A DNA stretch of 64,000 nt from Trichoplax adhaerens. Its lineage: Eukaryota; Animalia; Placozoa. Each line of letters opens with the position of its first letter. The first letter of the stretch is position 1. The stretch is from the NCBI RefSeq assembly GCF_000150275.1, contig NW_002060946.1, positions 6,615,855 through 6,679,854 of the forward strand, in the 5' to 3' direction. The notes beneath the pieces were generated by a model. That model worked only from the letters and a program-made list of their open reading frames with translations, ran no database searches and was not told the DNA's origin. The position numbers were made by a program, and so were the translations under genes. Shown one piece after another: positions 10,950 to 23,114 of the stretch.

Positions 10950-13790
10950 CATAATGCAAACCATGGCTATTCTAAAAACTTTAAACTTCATGCAAATAAG
11001 TATCAGTATGCAATATCGAAAGAAGTAAATAATCATAATAAATAGCATTCTGATATTATAAGTCAGTAGATGAATAATAAAGTTACATGATATAATAAAA
11101 TGTACATGAAAGTCTTAACTCGATTTTCCCAATCTGTCTAAAGACAGATCTAAATTTTTATCCTATATTAGAAGTAGAAATTACTGATTTCTATATACGC
11201 GTATACATACTTGATTTTCAGTTATTAGCTACGTTTAAGTTTGTGTATTTAGACAGAAACATTCCTTCTATACAAGATTTTATTGTTAGCATTGCAATAT
11301 TCGTAATTTCTTCCGTTTTCGCATTAAATCAAAACGTTACCACTACCTAACGTTTTATTGCTGATAAGTCTTTATAGCATTGAACTGTAAAATATTTAGG
11401 TGGATAATATAATTTACTGTTTATTGGTCTTGATTACCATGTGAAATCATTAAGTTTCAATTTTCAATTTTTTCGTTTTGGGTAGGGTGCTATGCAGGTT
11501 GTTTTCCCGTACTAGTATACCCTACAGAAAGCAATAGCCGCTATGGTTTACCATCTAATCTTTATATTTTAATTATAAAAATTACGTAATAGGAGTAAGT
11601 AAGATTAAACATACATTAACAGCTAAGAGGGGCAAATATGAGAATATTACCAATTAGGGAATGCGTTTGCTATTGCTTTTGCCAGGAACTCGAGAATTCA
11701 CATAACATTAACCAACTGTCATTTCAACGAACGAATATCGTTATGTAATCATTTCAGCTCTTTGCTGTAAGCACTGGGTGTAGAGAGATTAACAGTAATA
11801 TGAAACAAGCTAGCCAACACTGTATCACAAAAAAAATAGTCTGTTATACTCGGTAAAGTTAGAACAACGAATTATAATAAGCCGTAGAGAACTATAGTAT
11901 TATGTGATCCTTAACATTCGATATAGCAATTTTGGGATCGATTTTGTAAAAATTGCTCGAAAATACATGATTTTGATATAATATTTAGTATTTAGCACGC
12001 GTTTAATTCATATTTTTTACTACTCAGACATATCGAATAAAAGAGATCGTATTGTACACGCAGCACATTGTGAAGTTTTCACACATCATTGCTGATTGCA
12101 TGATTTCTAGCTTAAATTAATAATGGTTCGTGGTGTTGAAAGTAAAATATAAACCCGCTCGTACCGTAAGAATCCCTAACCTTTACCACTATATCACTAA
12201 TAAGGTTAAATATTTATTTCCATTTTAATAATGTAAAGATGAAACTCATTATAAACTGCAATATATATTTACCGAAAAATTAAAACAACGTTACCGTAAC
12301 TGATATATGTACCCCACATCCACGTCGATGGTCTCATAGATCATCTTGCACGGTGGACTAATTTGACTAAACTTAACATAACAACAAGTTGTTTATTCTT
12401 TTACGCTACTGATTCCTGGGAAAACTGTATAATTAACAAATAGAAAGTAAACGTTAGTATTGTGTCTATCCGTTTATTCTATTTCGCTGAATATAGAATT
12501 CCGTATCGAAAGTAATTTAATATTTATATCGTTCTGACATTCCTGTACCTATAGAATAAAAACAGATTAAGTACAAGTAACAGCGATAAAACTACTACAT
12601 AAACTGTATATATCATGATAAGATTTTCGAACTGACTATCTTTAATTGTCATACCGGAATACTAACATTTGAAAATTTGTTAACATCCTCTATCCAATAG
12701 TTTTTTATAATTGATATTTCACTCATGGCTGGCCATCGGATAATATAATAATTAAGTAACAGTGATTTAATTCTTTGCCACCTTCATTATTCTACAGTAA
12801 TCTATTATATCAAGCTATTACTCTATAACTTATTCGAATTAATTTAAAGAAGAAGCTATCTTGATACGGTTAGGAAATCTTTTTCAGTTAAATATCGTAT
12901 TTTTATTATCATAACTTTATCAGCTACAACAGAAAAATTACAAAAATTCTAACAAGTTAAACTGTTTTCGTTTAATAATTAGAAATCGACAATATGAAGC
13001 TTACGTTGGTCTTACTAGCCGCACTTCTCTTCTTGGCCGTCGCTATACGTGCCGAGGAAGAAGAAATCACAGCTATTGAACAAGCTAAAGATAAAGCCCA
13101 GTAGAACATGAAGAGGGCGAAGTAGCTGAAAAAGAAGAAGACGAGATCGAATCTCCCGAGAACGAATTACAAGAAAAAGATGCAGAAGAAGAAGAAGAAG
13201 AAGTACCTGAAGAAGCTAAAGCAGCCTTCGTAAGTTATCGATGAACTCTCTATTTTTTCTTCAATACTGTAAATTATAAAGAGTATTCTATTAACTCTAA
13301 ATGACAAATAATTTTAATAATAAACTCTGGTAAAATTAGAACGAAGTAACTTTAAATTTCTATCTCAAAATTTCCTCGTTTTAATAGTGGAGACGCCGTC
13401 GTCGTTGCCGTTGCTACCGTCGCCGCTTCTACCGTTGTCGACGATTCGTTAAGAGTGCCGAAAACTAAGCAACTTCTTCTACAGAAAGGATAAGATAACT
13501 TGTAAACTTTAATAGCTGAAGATAGACACAATAGAGATTCCTAGAAATTATAATATAAAATTTAGCGTATAGAGAATAGAATTACTTTGAAACTTGAAGA
13601 AAATTGCCGTTATCTTTCATTGTCAGCTATGTTTACAATAACAGTAATAAAACTCCATCAAATCAATCTAAAATAGTCTACATGTAAATCCGCTAGATAC
13701 GCTTTTCTCTTCTCAATCATAATCTATGGAAATGTAAATACAATCATTTATATGCAAATAGAATACTGTACAATATAACTGATTACCTTA
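10950..13790 (+). repeat. Tandem segmental duplication unit 2 (upstream region + pseudogene C)
   Basis: Colinear with unit 1 except for an internal deletion of about 6480-7320. Its left end (cataatg.aaaccatggctattc) recurs at 10508 and 14858. Confidence 0.8.
12994..13468 (+). pseudogene. Prepropeptide copy C, frameshifted and promoter-deleted; the last exon encodes a Cys/Arg-rich peptide
   Basis: ATG 12994 (MKLTLVLLAALLFLAVAIRA-EEEE). A 1-nt deletion relative to copy B (gctcca to gccca, ~13097) gives TAG at 13102-13104; the homologous acidic sequence continues in the shifted frame to donor 13230. Exon 13388-13468 reads WRRRRRCRCYRRRFYRCRRFVKSAEN*. About 125 bp containing the copy B TATA box is missing at ~12849. 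Confidence 0.8.
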
Positions 13791-14854
13791 GCTATGACCT
13801 CTTTTCAAGATTTCCTGTAATGAATAACCAAAGTCTCATACTATTACTACAAGTTTACAATCGAATAACCTAAAATCTGATTCAACGCGAGTAGCACAGC
13901 TCACATAAGGCATATGATGCAACAATAATAAAATCGAAAGTACCTTTAATGAATGCCAGTTTATATATGCATCCATCCCTCAAGGAATATTTCAGCTTTT
14001 TCCTTTGCACATAAAAGCTATCGAAACAACTTAGAGAAATAGGATAATGGTACACAGCCTTGTAATTTGGGGAAAATCTATTCATGCTCATACAAGCCTA
14101 CAATATTCCTATACATTAGAGTAGATATATTACTTCAGTATCTTGAAAGATTGATTTTCTATCTGTCTGGGTCAATACAGATATCACATTCAATCTCATA
14201 CCTTTCACATTTAGTATCCATACTTTCACCTTAAACCTTAGCTAGGGTTTATGCAAGGCAAAGTACAATATGCACAGTAACTGTCGAGGAGTTGAATTAC
14301 TTACTTGTATTTGTTTTAAAAGCAATTCAGCTGAGTTGGTATACACTTTAACTACTCATCAGATGTATAAAAGAACATTCTGCGTGATCTAGAATTAAAC
14401 TGCGTATTATTGATATACTACCAAAGTACATAACTTCTAACAATTAGGTAAAATGATTGTATTTGCTTCACCACAACAATTATAGAGGAGTTCAGTAGAG
14501 CTTGAATCTGATGCCGAACTAACTTTATTAATGATACTAAATTGCTATCCTTGGAAGAGGGAAACGTTATCAGTCTAGTTTTATATCGATATTTCACAAT
14601 TAACATCGTGCAGAGTATCAATCGAGTGGTACTAATAATAGCATTAAAGTCAAAGATGAATATTGAGGAGAAATTTTATGATTTCTATGTAATTTATGCA
14701 CTAAGGTTTTTACTCTTTTTATACATATAAAATGAAAGTAGGCGATAGAAAATTAAATATTAATATACTCCTACATAGCAGTATACTTGTTCGGATAACC
14801 GCTATAGCATTTTGTAATGATATTTCTATTATGCAATAGCGGCATATAGTGGAT

Positions 14855-15940
14855 TGTCATAATGTCAGCCATGGCTATTCCGAAAGATTGTAAACTTCAC
14901 CCAAATAATTATCAGTAAGCAATAGCAAAAGAAGTAAATAGTTACAATAGTAAATAGCAGTTCGATATTAAAAATCAACACATGAATAATAAAGTTATAT
15001 GATTAAATATATAATATAGTTAAAACGCTTAACTTAAATTTTTTAACAGATTTTTTTGTTATTCGATAGGAATTTGTAATTTCTTCAGCTTTCGCATTAA
15101 ACCAAAACCTTACCACCACTAAACATTTTTCGTTGATTAAACTTTACATGGCATCAAACTTTAAAATATTCTAGGCGGATAGTATAATTTACTTTTGATA
15201 ATCCTAATTACTTTCTAAAAATTATCATATTTCAATTTTTAAGGGGCTATGCAGTTTGTTTTCCATACTAATGTAAGCTAAAGAGAGCAATAATTGAAAT
15301 GATAATATATTGTTTTACGCATAATCACTGAGAATATTTTCTTGAATCGATGTCTATAAAATTAAATGTTACTTACTAATGAGATCAGTAGTGATAGCTT
15401 GACAGTTTTATTAGATAATTGCAACAGTATGTCAATTCGACAGTACCGTATAGTTCTATAAATCAAATAGTAGGTTACAGGGAAATTCTCATTTGTTAAA
15501 TTTTTTGATCTTTTTAATCATAGATAAAAACTTGAAACAAGTTTATTAATTTAACTATTAATTAAATACTTACTTATTACTGGTTAATAATTAATTTGCA
15601 CCATGCCCTAGTTACAACACAACTTCAAGCTTGTAAATGCTTATATTATCCTATATGATAGGTTTTACAGTTGCCTTAATTAGCAGCAGTAATTTATAAA
15701 TGATAACAATTCAAATATATTATTATTACACCACCAATTTATTGAACTCATGATAAATTGCCTAACGTGATAAACTTGAATTGTTAAATTAAATAAAAGT
15801 AAATAAGATTAAACCTCCATTAATGTCTAAAAGGAAAAAATAAGAGAATATTATAAAGTTAGCGAATACGTTTGCTAATGCTATAACTAGGAGTTGGAGA
15901 TTTCCTAAAGCATTATCCAAGCATAATTTCAGCGAAAGGA
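14855..15940 (+). repeat. Truncated duplication unit 3 (upstream region only, no peptide gene)
   Basis: 14858-15030 matches 10951-11120; 15070-15290 matches 11300-11540; 15320-15940 matches 6605-7470. Confidence 0.75.
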
Positions 15941-16610
15941 GATGTTTAATAGCAGTAACTCATTTAAATATTTACGTGATACCAATTAATTGTATTGTCT
16001 AAACTAGCTAGGCTAGCGCAAGAAATCTGGCAAAAGTATAGCAAGATAATTCGAACTACAAATAGTTCTACAGTCTACATGGTAATCAATTACTTCACAC
16101 ATCTGTTGGATAATTTTCAGTCAAACTTTTTTGTAATTTTTCTTTACGCTCCATTGATTCGTTGTGGCCTAAACATAAAGTAACAGCAGGATGTAAGTTT
16201 CTTAACATAGTATAGCGTTATCTACAAATGCCATACATTTAAAATTTTCTGAGCAAATTTCAGTTTAGGCAATAGAACATTACATCTTGTTATCAGATAA
16301 ATTTCAACCATAATAAGGCAGCAGCATACATTATAATTACTATACAGCAACATAAAGTTATTCTGTCATTCCTAATAGTATATGATCGGGCTATTTCTTT
16401 TAGCTTCAATACATACAAAGTATAATAAAATGGTTTTTACAAGTGATGATAGCAATATATATATAAACGTACTAACCAATTTATTTGGGACTTTTTAAGT
16501 GAAGATAGTACAGTAGATAGAAATTATTCGCGAAATTTACAAATTTGCTAAGCAAATCGTATTCTTTTTATTTTTTAATTTATTGCATTATTGTCTTATA
16601 TCAAAATTAA

Positions 16611-19600
16611 TCACATCAATCTACCTTTCTCCGAGTAAGATTTTGAGCTTCTACGGCCATCCTTGGAATTGATACCATTATTTATATTTTCAAAAAAGAA
16701 TAAGCCAATAAGGTAAAGTAGTAGTAAATAGTAATAAAATATTCCTAGCCATCGCTTTTAAACTGAGATTAGACTATTACAAGCAAGCATTACTCTTCTA
16801 CAATATACGCAGATATACAACAACTCTAGTAATTCCTTGCAGAAATAACGAAAAAGATCTATAAAATTGTTGTCATACCTTTTGCTTGCATTTAAATTGT
16901 GGAATAACTTTGTGAAAGACCGTTACTGTAGATAGAGGATCACAAACTTTACGAAGCTGATTTCGAACTGTTCGAATTTGAAATCGCTTGGCCATCAGCG
17001 GAAAAAATTTCGAGCGCACTTCATTTAGTTTATCTAATAACAGAAATTCTCTAGAAAGTAAAGAAAGCCAATCCAATGTTAATCCAAATTCTAATCTTAC
17101 TTTTTAGAATGTTCATTCATCGCTTAAATATAAAATATTAAAGACATTTAGCCATGATATCTTGTCTCTAAATTATAGTCAATAAAGATAAGTAGCATTT
17201 TATTATACTTATAGGATTGAATATGAAGAATATATGTATTTTGATCATTATTCCTTAACTCAATCGGAACTTGAGATGTTCAAAACCATTTACTAATACT
17301 TGGGCATATTTGTGAATCATCAGAAAATTTATGATATGAGATTTCTTTTGTCATTGTATAAATGTACTTATTATTTTATACTAAGTATGAAAAAATTGCT
17401 ATTTATGTATTGTGTTTTTGTTAAGTAATATCAAAACTATTCATTTCTATTGCTGTGTGAACTGAGTAGGCTACGCGACTATGGTAAGAACAAATATAAA
17501 AATCTATTCTTTACTCACTCCTTTCCATCAGCAGTCTTAACTTCATAAGGTAAATAATTCTGCTCCTTATATTCTTTCAATTTTGCTTCCTGACAATTTT
17601 AGTAAAAGTTAAAGGAAATCCACAGAACGCGAGAATATTAAAACTTACAATATTAATTATTCAAGCTAGACTTATATTTAGTAGCATAGCATTACTCTAT
17701 ATGGATTAATGTATGAAAAAACTAAGCTAACCATTTCCACATAATCTATATCGCACTTGTTATATCTTTCTTCGTATTGTTGTTGCCTAAACAGATATTA
17801 ATTTAATGCGATTAAAACAATAATCAATTTTTTGCATTTATTCTCAACATGATTATAATAGAATAATATAACCATGAAATTTTTTATCATCATCCAAACA
17901 GATCTCGTTTAAAATAATAATAACGCTCTGGAATTCAAACTTATCATGCAAAATATTACAGTATTCAATAGATTTTTGTCAAGTTTACAGTACAAACACA
18001 ATGCTGAAATATACCAAGCATGTGATATAAATTTGGTACAAGCTTTTCCATAAAATGTACATGTAAATGCAGCATATCTTACTGACATAAAGAGCATTTC
18101 TTATACTCATAAGCAAGATTGCTTTATAATCTAATATGTATGATTTAAATTACGGTTACTTTTACTAGTATGAAGTTAGTGAAACAGATAATTTAAGTAA
18201 CTAACAGAGCCCAGTTTACACTGATTAAGGACTATGAAAGCTATGTGGTTATATGTATGAAATGTCAAAGTACAATATGTTTAACTAATAAACTTTATAT
18301 TAAGGTCTACCGTCAACACTACTCTTATTATGTTCTGTTCACCATCGAACAATCTGCACTGTTTATAAATTTAATATACAAAACGTTCATGCAAAAGCGA
18401 GAAAACATTGGAGACCTACCACCCATGAACGACCTGGAAATTAATATCTCTAAGCACTACGTTATTCAAATGGGGATGTTCGACCAATATCGCATCCATC
18501 GAAGTCTTCCATTCTTTTTTTAAGCTGTTACTGACAGATCTATTAACAGATAAGAGAAATAACATCATAATTCAAAACAGCAAATCAGCTCAGTTTTTTT
18601 CAATTTAATCTTATTAAGTTCTACTAGATAGGAAAATTGAGAGCAACAATAAATGCGATGATAGTAAGAAACTGAAACTAGTACCTTTAATCTTTCGCAT
18701 AATATATAGAAAGTTAATTACAGTAGACAGCTCTAAATTTTCGTGAGTATATTTCAATCAGCCCGAATTTAATGAATATGTATGTTAGTAGAAATCTAAA
18801 ATCTTATCCTATACCCTAAATCAGGATTTAAATTGATTTTGATCCTCTATCTGCTAAATTTCTATTGTATCTTTAACATCACATTTAAGAAACTTGCATT
18901 AACATATATCTCCTGCTAGATTATAAAATTTTCAAATCTAGAATTCACGTTACACTTGAAGGTGCGTAGCGTAGCGTAAGGAAAAAGTACACAACTAATT
19001 ATTTTATTGCTTAAGCAATCAAATCAACCATATTGAATGCTTATTATAAGCAATAGCCTCATTTTATGCTTTAGCTATAACAAATATAAAGTTTCTAAAT
19101 AAATTAATTTGCACTAATAGTTTCTAGCTACGGGATCACTTTCTTACGAAAAAACAGTTTAAAATACCATTTCGACACAGCTAATTTAGCTACAGTTATG
19201 ACGTTAGCTGTTATACGTACGTAAATTGATCAGTAAATGCTTTATATTCATCTTGAACCAAGCTACTAGCCTTTTCAAGACTTTCCATATAACCTTTGTT
19301 GTGCTCCATGCTAAGAATAGAATCACTAGCGTAAATGTGGACCATCAATTGGCGGAATAATTCCTTTCTAAAAAATTAAATATTTCTTAGCATCATAATC
19401 TAAAAGAACTTTCCTACCATTAAGTAATCCAAATGCAAGAAGCGATCTAATTACATAGTGTGCATGATCAACGTAGGCAATTAACTTTGTATAGTCCATA
19501 CCTACGATGTAAAATTCGCTCTAAATCATCTTCCAATTCTTTTAATAAACTTGGAATAACATCCTCTAAATAAGATTGACAGTGGAATTTAACCTTTTGA

Positions 19601-22308
19601 TATTCTACGTAGCACTCATTATAAATCAATGCATAACGTAGAAATATCTTTTGATGCTTTTCAACTCTTGCATTATATTTTTTTTCCTTGGAATATCCTA
19701 TTTCTGCATGTTGCTCGAATTCGCTTAAATCTTTCTGATATTCTTTTGCTAGCCTATCATATTCTTTCAGTTTTTCTCTTAAATTTTTTAACGGATTCTT
19801 AAAGCCACAATCAATTCTATCCATTTCTTCAGCATAAAAACTTCTCTGTACCACATTGATTTGATCAAGCCGATCAATAGCATTTAAAATTTCAGTATCC
19901 CGAATATTTTCCGCCTGAATGATATTATATTCGGACTTTTCTCGCGATACAAGAAGATGATTAAGCCAATTCTATCGAAGAAAATAAAATATTTTAGATA
20001 TTAATCAAGCACATTCAAATATTGCTTGTTTCTGTGGTTGAAATTAGAGCAAATAAACCTTTTAATTCATATACCATTGAATCTGCTTCATACTGATTTT
20101 AACCAAATTAAACCCAGCGCAGTAGCATCGCAACTGGCAAATGTTATGTTGTCTTAATTGCTGTACTCCTATTTACTATCCTATCATAAAATCACTCGAC
20201 AAAAATCGATCGTGATCTATTAGGGCCTTTTTATAGTATACAAGAACAGTGTATCGAGTGTAGCGGTATACATTATAGCAGTATTATCTTGCTGATAGGT
20301 ATAAAATTGGCGTTGCAAATGTATGCAATCTTCTGAAACTACACCAGTTACGTTATGCTAAGGGTATAATAATACAACTCTTAAGCGAAGTATGATAGTT
20401 TATGAGTGCCAAAACTTTTATTATCCACGCTTATACTGCTCAAGTACACCATGTAGAAAAGTTTTCACCCGTCAGTAATCATACGTCAACAAATAAAACT
20501 AAATAGAACTCAGAAAGCTTGCAAAATTTATCAAAATAAATGGCACATCATCGACGTAAAAAGAGCTTTGGAAGACCTATTAAGTATAAATAACTCCGAT
20601 TTCCATTCCAATTAGTAATAATGTTTATCGAAGGCAATAACCGCCCTATTCGGAAATTTTAAATCATGATATGCTACCTTGTAGGTTCCGTATTAGAAGA
20701 ATGCCACATTCTGTGATGAAATATCGTCTAAATTATTTACTAATTTGAAAGTTTTACTAAACTAGTCAATTCTTCCACCATTTTTAGGAGTATCAATAAT
20801 TCTTTTCGATTAAAATAAAGTATCTTAAAGTGTCATGTTAACCTTGCAAACAAGCTTTCAAGAATGATCAATATTAACTCCGATACTTCTGACAACATAT
20901 CATCAATGTACGAATATTAGATATGCGATACTTCAATCTCTGAATACTTAAAACTTTTTCCTTTAGCACTACGTATGTATATTCCTACTAATGCTATACC
21001 GAGCTTAACTGAGCAATCATGTGCACCGTTATAATATAGCCATTTAGATGGTTGTAAAATGCCTCATGATATTTACTAGCACCATCAATGTAGCAGATAC
21101 TAAGTCAAACTTTTGCTCTGGTTTGCCATCTTATCCTTTTACAGTAGGCGGCAAGTTATAGATTTAACCTATAACTTTTAAAATAGTTTAAAACCCTTCC
21201 GTAGCAATTTTAAGCACCGATTAATGGACTTATTCTTGACGATTTCGAGAAGAAAAAGAGTAGCGGATTGTCTTAACATATCAACTCGGAGAAGATTCCA
21301 TAGCCACTATGTACAGTAGTAGACTATGCACGATAGAAAGGGATAATGCATAATATATCATAACTGATCGTTCGAATCCTACTCTAAAATAGAGTAAAGT
21401 AGAGCAAATAGAGTCCCGAAGTTTATGCTAATACTAAAATAATTTTGAACATCATTACTCCACTGATGGGTAGAGTAATATCGATATACTAATATAGTCA
21501 TAACTTTCAACATCATGACTCCACTGATAAGTAGAATAACGCCGATAGCTTGTCAGCAATTCTATCCTATTTCTAGTAGGTTAGGAGCTGCCGTAATAAA
21601 GTTAAGTCTTTTACATTTATATCAATTTTAAAGCAAGGAAAATGTCTCTAAAAAATCCTTTTCCATTTCAATGCGTTTCAACAAAATGAACGAGTCAATA
21701 TTAGACATGTAGGAGACATAACAGAGAAGGTATTAATTAGGAGAACGCGATAATGAAATTAGAGGAAACGGAATGACTTGTGAATACTACTCTCAACTAT
21801 AAAGCAATTCGACGTAAGGAAGCTAAAGTTAGACATTTTTTCCACTTAGATCTCTAACCAGATGTTAAGGAGTTATGGGATACTATGAATGAAAGCAACG
21901 GAAGAAAGGGGAAAACAAAATGGCGTTCAACATATCTCAATATCAGACATAATCAGCCAAACCATTGCTATGGCCAATAAAAAATAGGATTGAAAATTGA
22001 ATTTATAGCGGAATTAAGTAAATTGGAACTAATTCAAACCCATTTAATTACTCCGTTTATGACAGTCTTATAGAAAAATAATGATCCATGTTTACCTCAG
22101 AAAACTTGGTACGAACTTTAGTTTTAACTCTTTTCTCTTCGCTTTCAAGAAATTCTGCGTAGAACTTCATTAGTTTCTTTTCATTCTCAATCTTGATCTT
22201 TGCTTTTTCCAGGTAGAATTCTCTCATACTTTTATCTCGTGAAATATCTTGTTTAAAAAGTGCCCAGACTATCTGGTTCAAAGAGAGCGTGGTGGATTGT
22301 GTAGCCAT
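16611..22308 (-). CDS. F-BAR (FCH) domain protein, FES/FER-like N-terminal region, ~432 aa, no SH2 or kinase domain seen
   Basis: Exons (-): 22308-22096, 19971-19502, 19367-19221, 18539-18420, 17786-17732, 17589-17519, 17050-16879, 16661-16611. All junctions are GT-AG with consistent phases (1299 nt). MREFYLEKAKIKIENEKKLMKF, NWLNHLL..QAENI, QRSFYAEEMDRI..EKLKEYDRLAKEY, VIPSLLKELED and DEYKAFTDQF resemble FES/FER F-BAR motifs. The last exon is the least certain. Confidence 0.72.
21449..21549. repeat. ~62-bp direct repeat, 2 copies
   Basis: aacatcat.actccactgat..gtaga.taa...cgata occurs twice, in intron 1 of the F-BAR gene. Confidence 0.6.
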
Positions 22309-22866
22309 GATAATACTCGCTACCAACTATATTTACAACGTCAAGAAATGCAACAGCACAAAAGCACAAAATTGATTTCTATTTGTAATAATACTAAATA
22401 GAATGAAGAAAAGCAATAGATTTTAATTTAATAATTTGAAAAAATGATTGATCAATTTTGTTAATTCTCTGCCGTTATATTTAGGACGAGTGATGACCAG
22501 CTCAAGCTAACGGCAAAAATAATCACCACGATAGAAAGGATGAAAGAAATTAACTTTTTAAACTCATTAATCCGCCCTACGGGTAAATGGGTCAAGCCCA
22601 GTTTAAAGAAGGATTGAACACAATAGCTATTCCCAAATCACATCATCAATAACAGTAACATGAGACGAAATGATCTGTTTAGGCAGTCCAGAGTGCAGCA
22701 TATGACTGATGACGGTAAATAAAACTTCCATATGAAGAAATATGCCAATGTCAAGCAATCTACTAAAGTACAATAGCTATTGCAGTACTGTTATTCACTT
22801 AATCTAGCCATAGAATATTGCCTTAATATTATATTGACTTGATTCTTTTCATGGCCGACTATTGAT

Positions 22867-23021
22867 TTTAAACAGCATGATATAGAACTATTAGCTACCC
22901 TCCATATACAGAGATGCTAATCACCCATCACCATTACGGACTTGTTTAAACAGCATGATATAGAACTGTTAGCTACCCTCTATATACAGAGATGCTAATC
23001 ATCCATCATCATTACGGACTT
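22867..23021. repeat. 78-bp tandem direct repeat, 2 near-identical copies
   Basis: tttaaacagcatgatatagaact.ttagctaccctc.atatacagagatgctaatca.ccatca.cattacggactt at 22867 and 22945. Confidence 0.9.
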
Positions 23022-23114
23022 ATTGCGGTAGTAAGCTTGTGATCATTAAAATATCACGTAATGAAAATTGTCAATAGAACAGCATGGTGCAATCTAAATT
23101 AGTCTTGGCTAGAA

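Noticed and set aside
20678-20727. Possible extra 50-nt F-BAR exon
   Set aside because: It would break the frame; the flanking exons join cleanly in phase 0.
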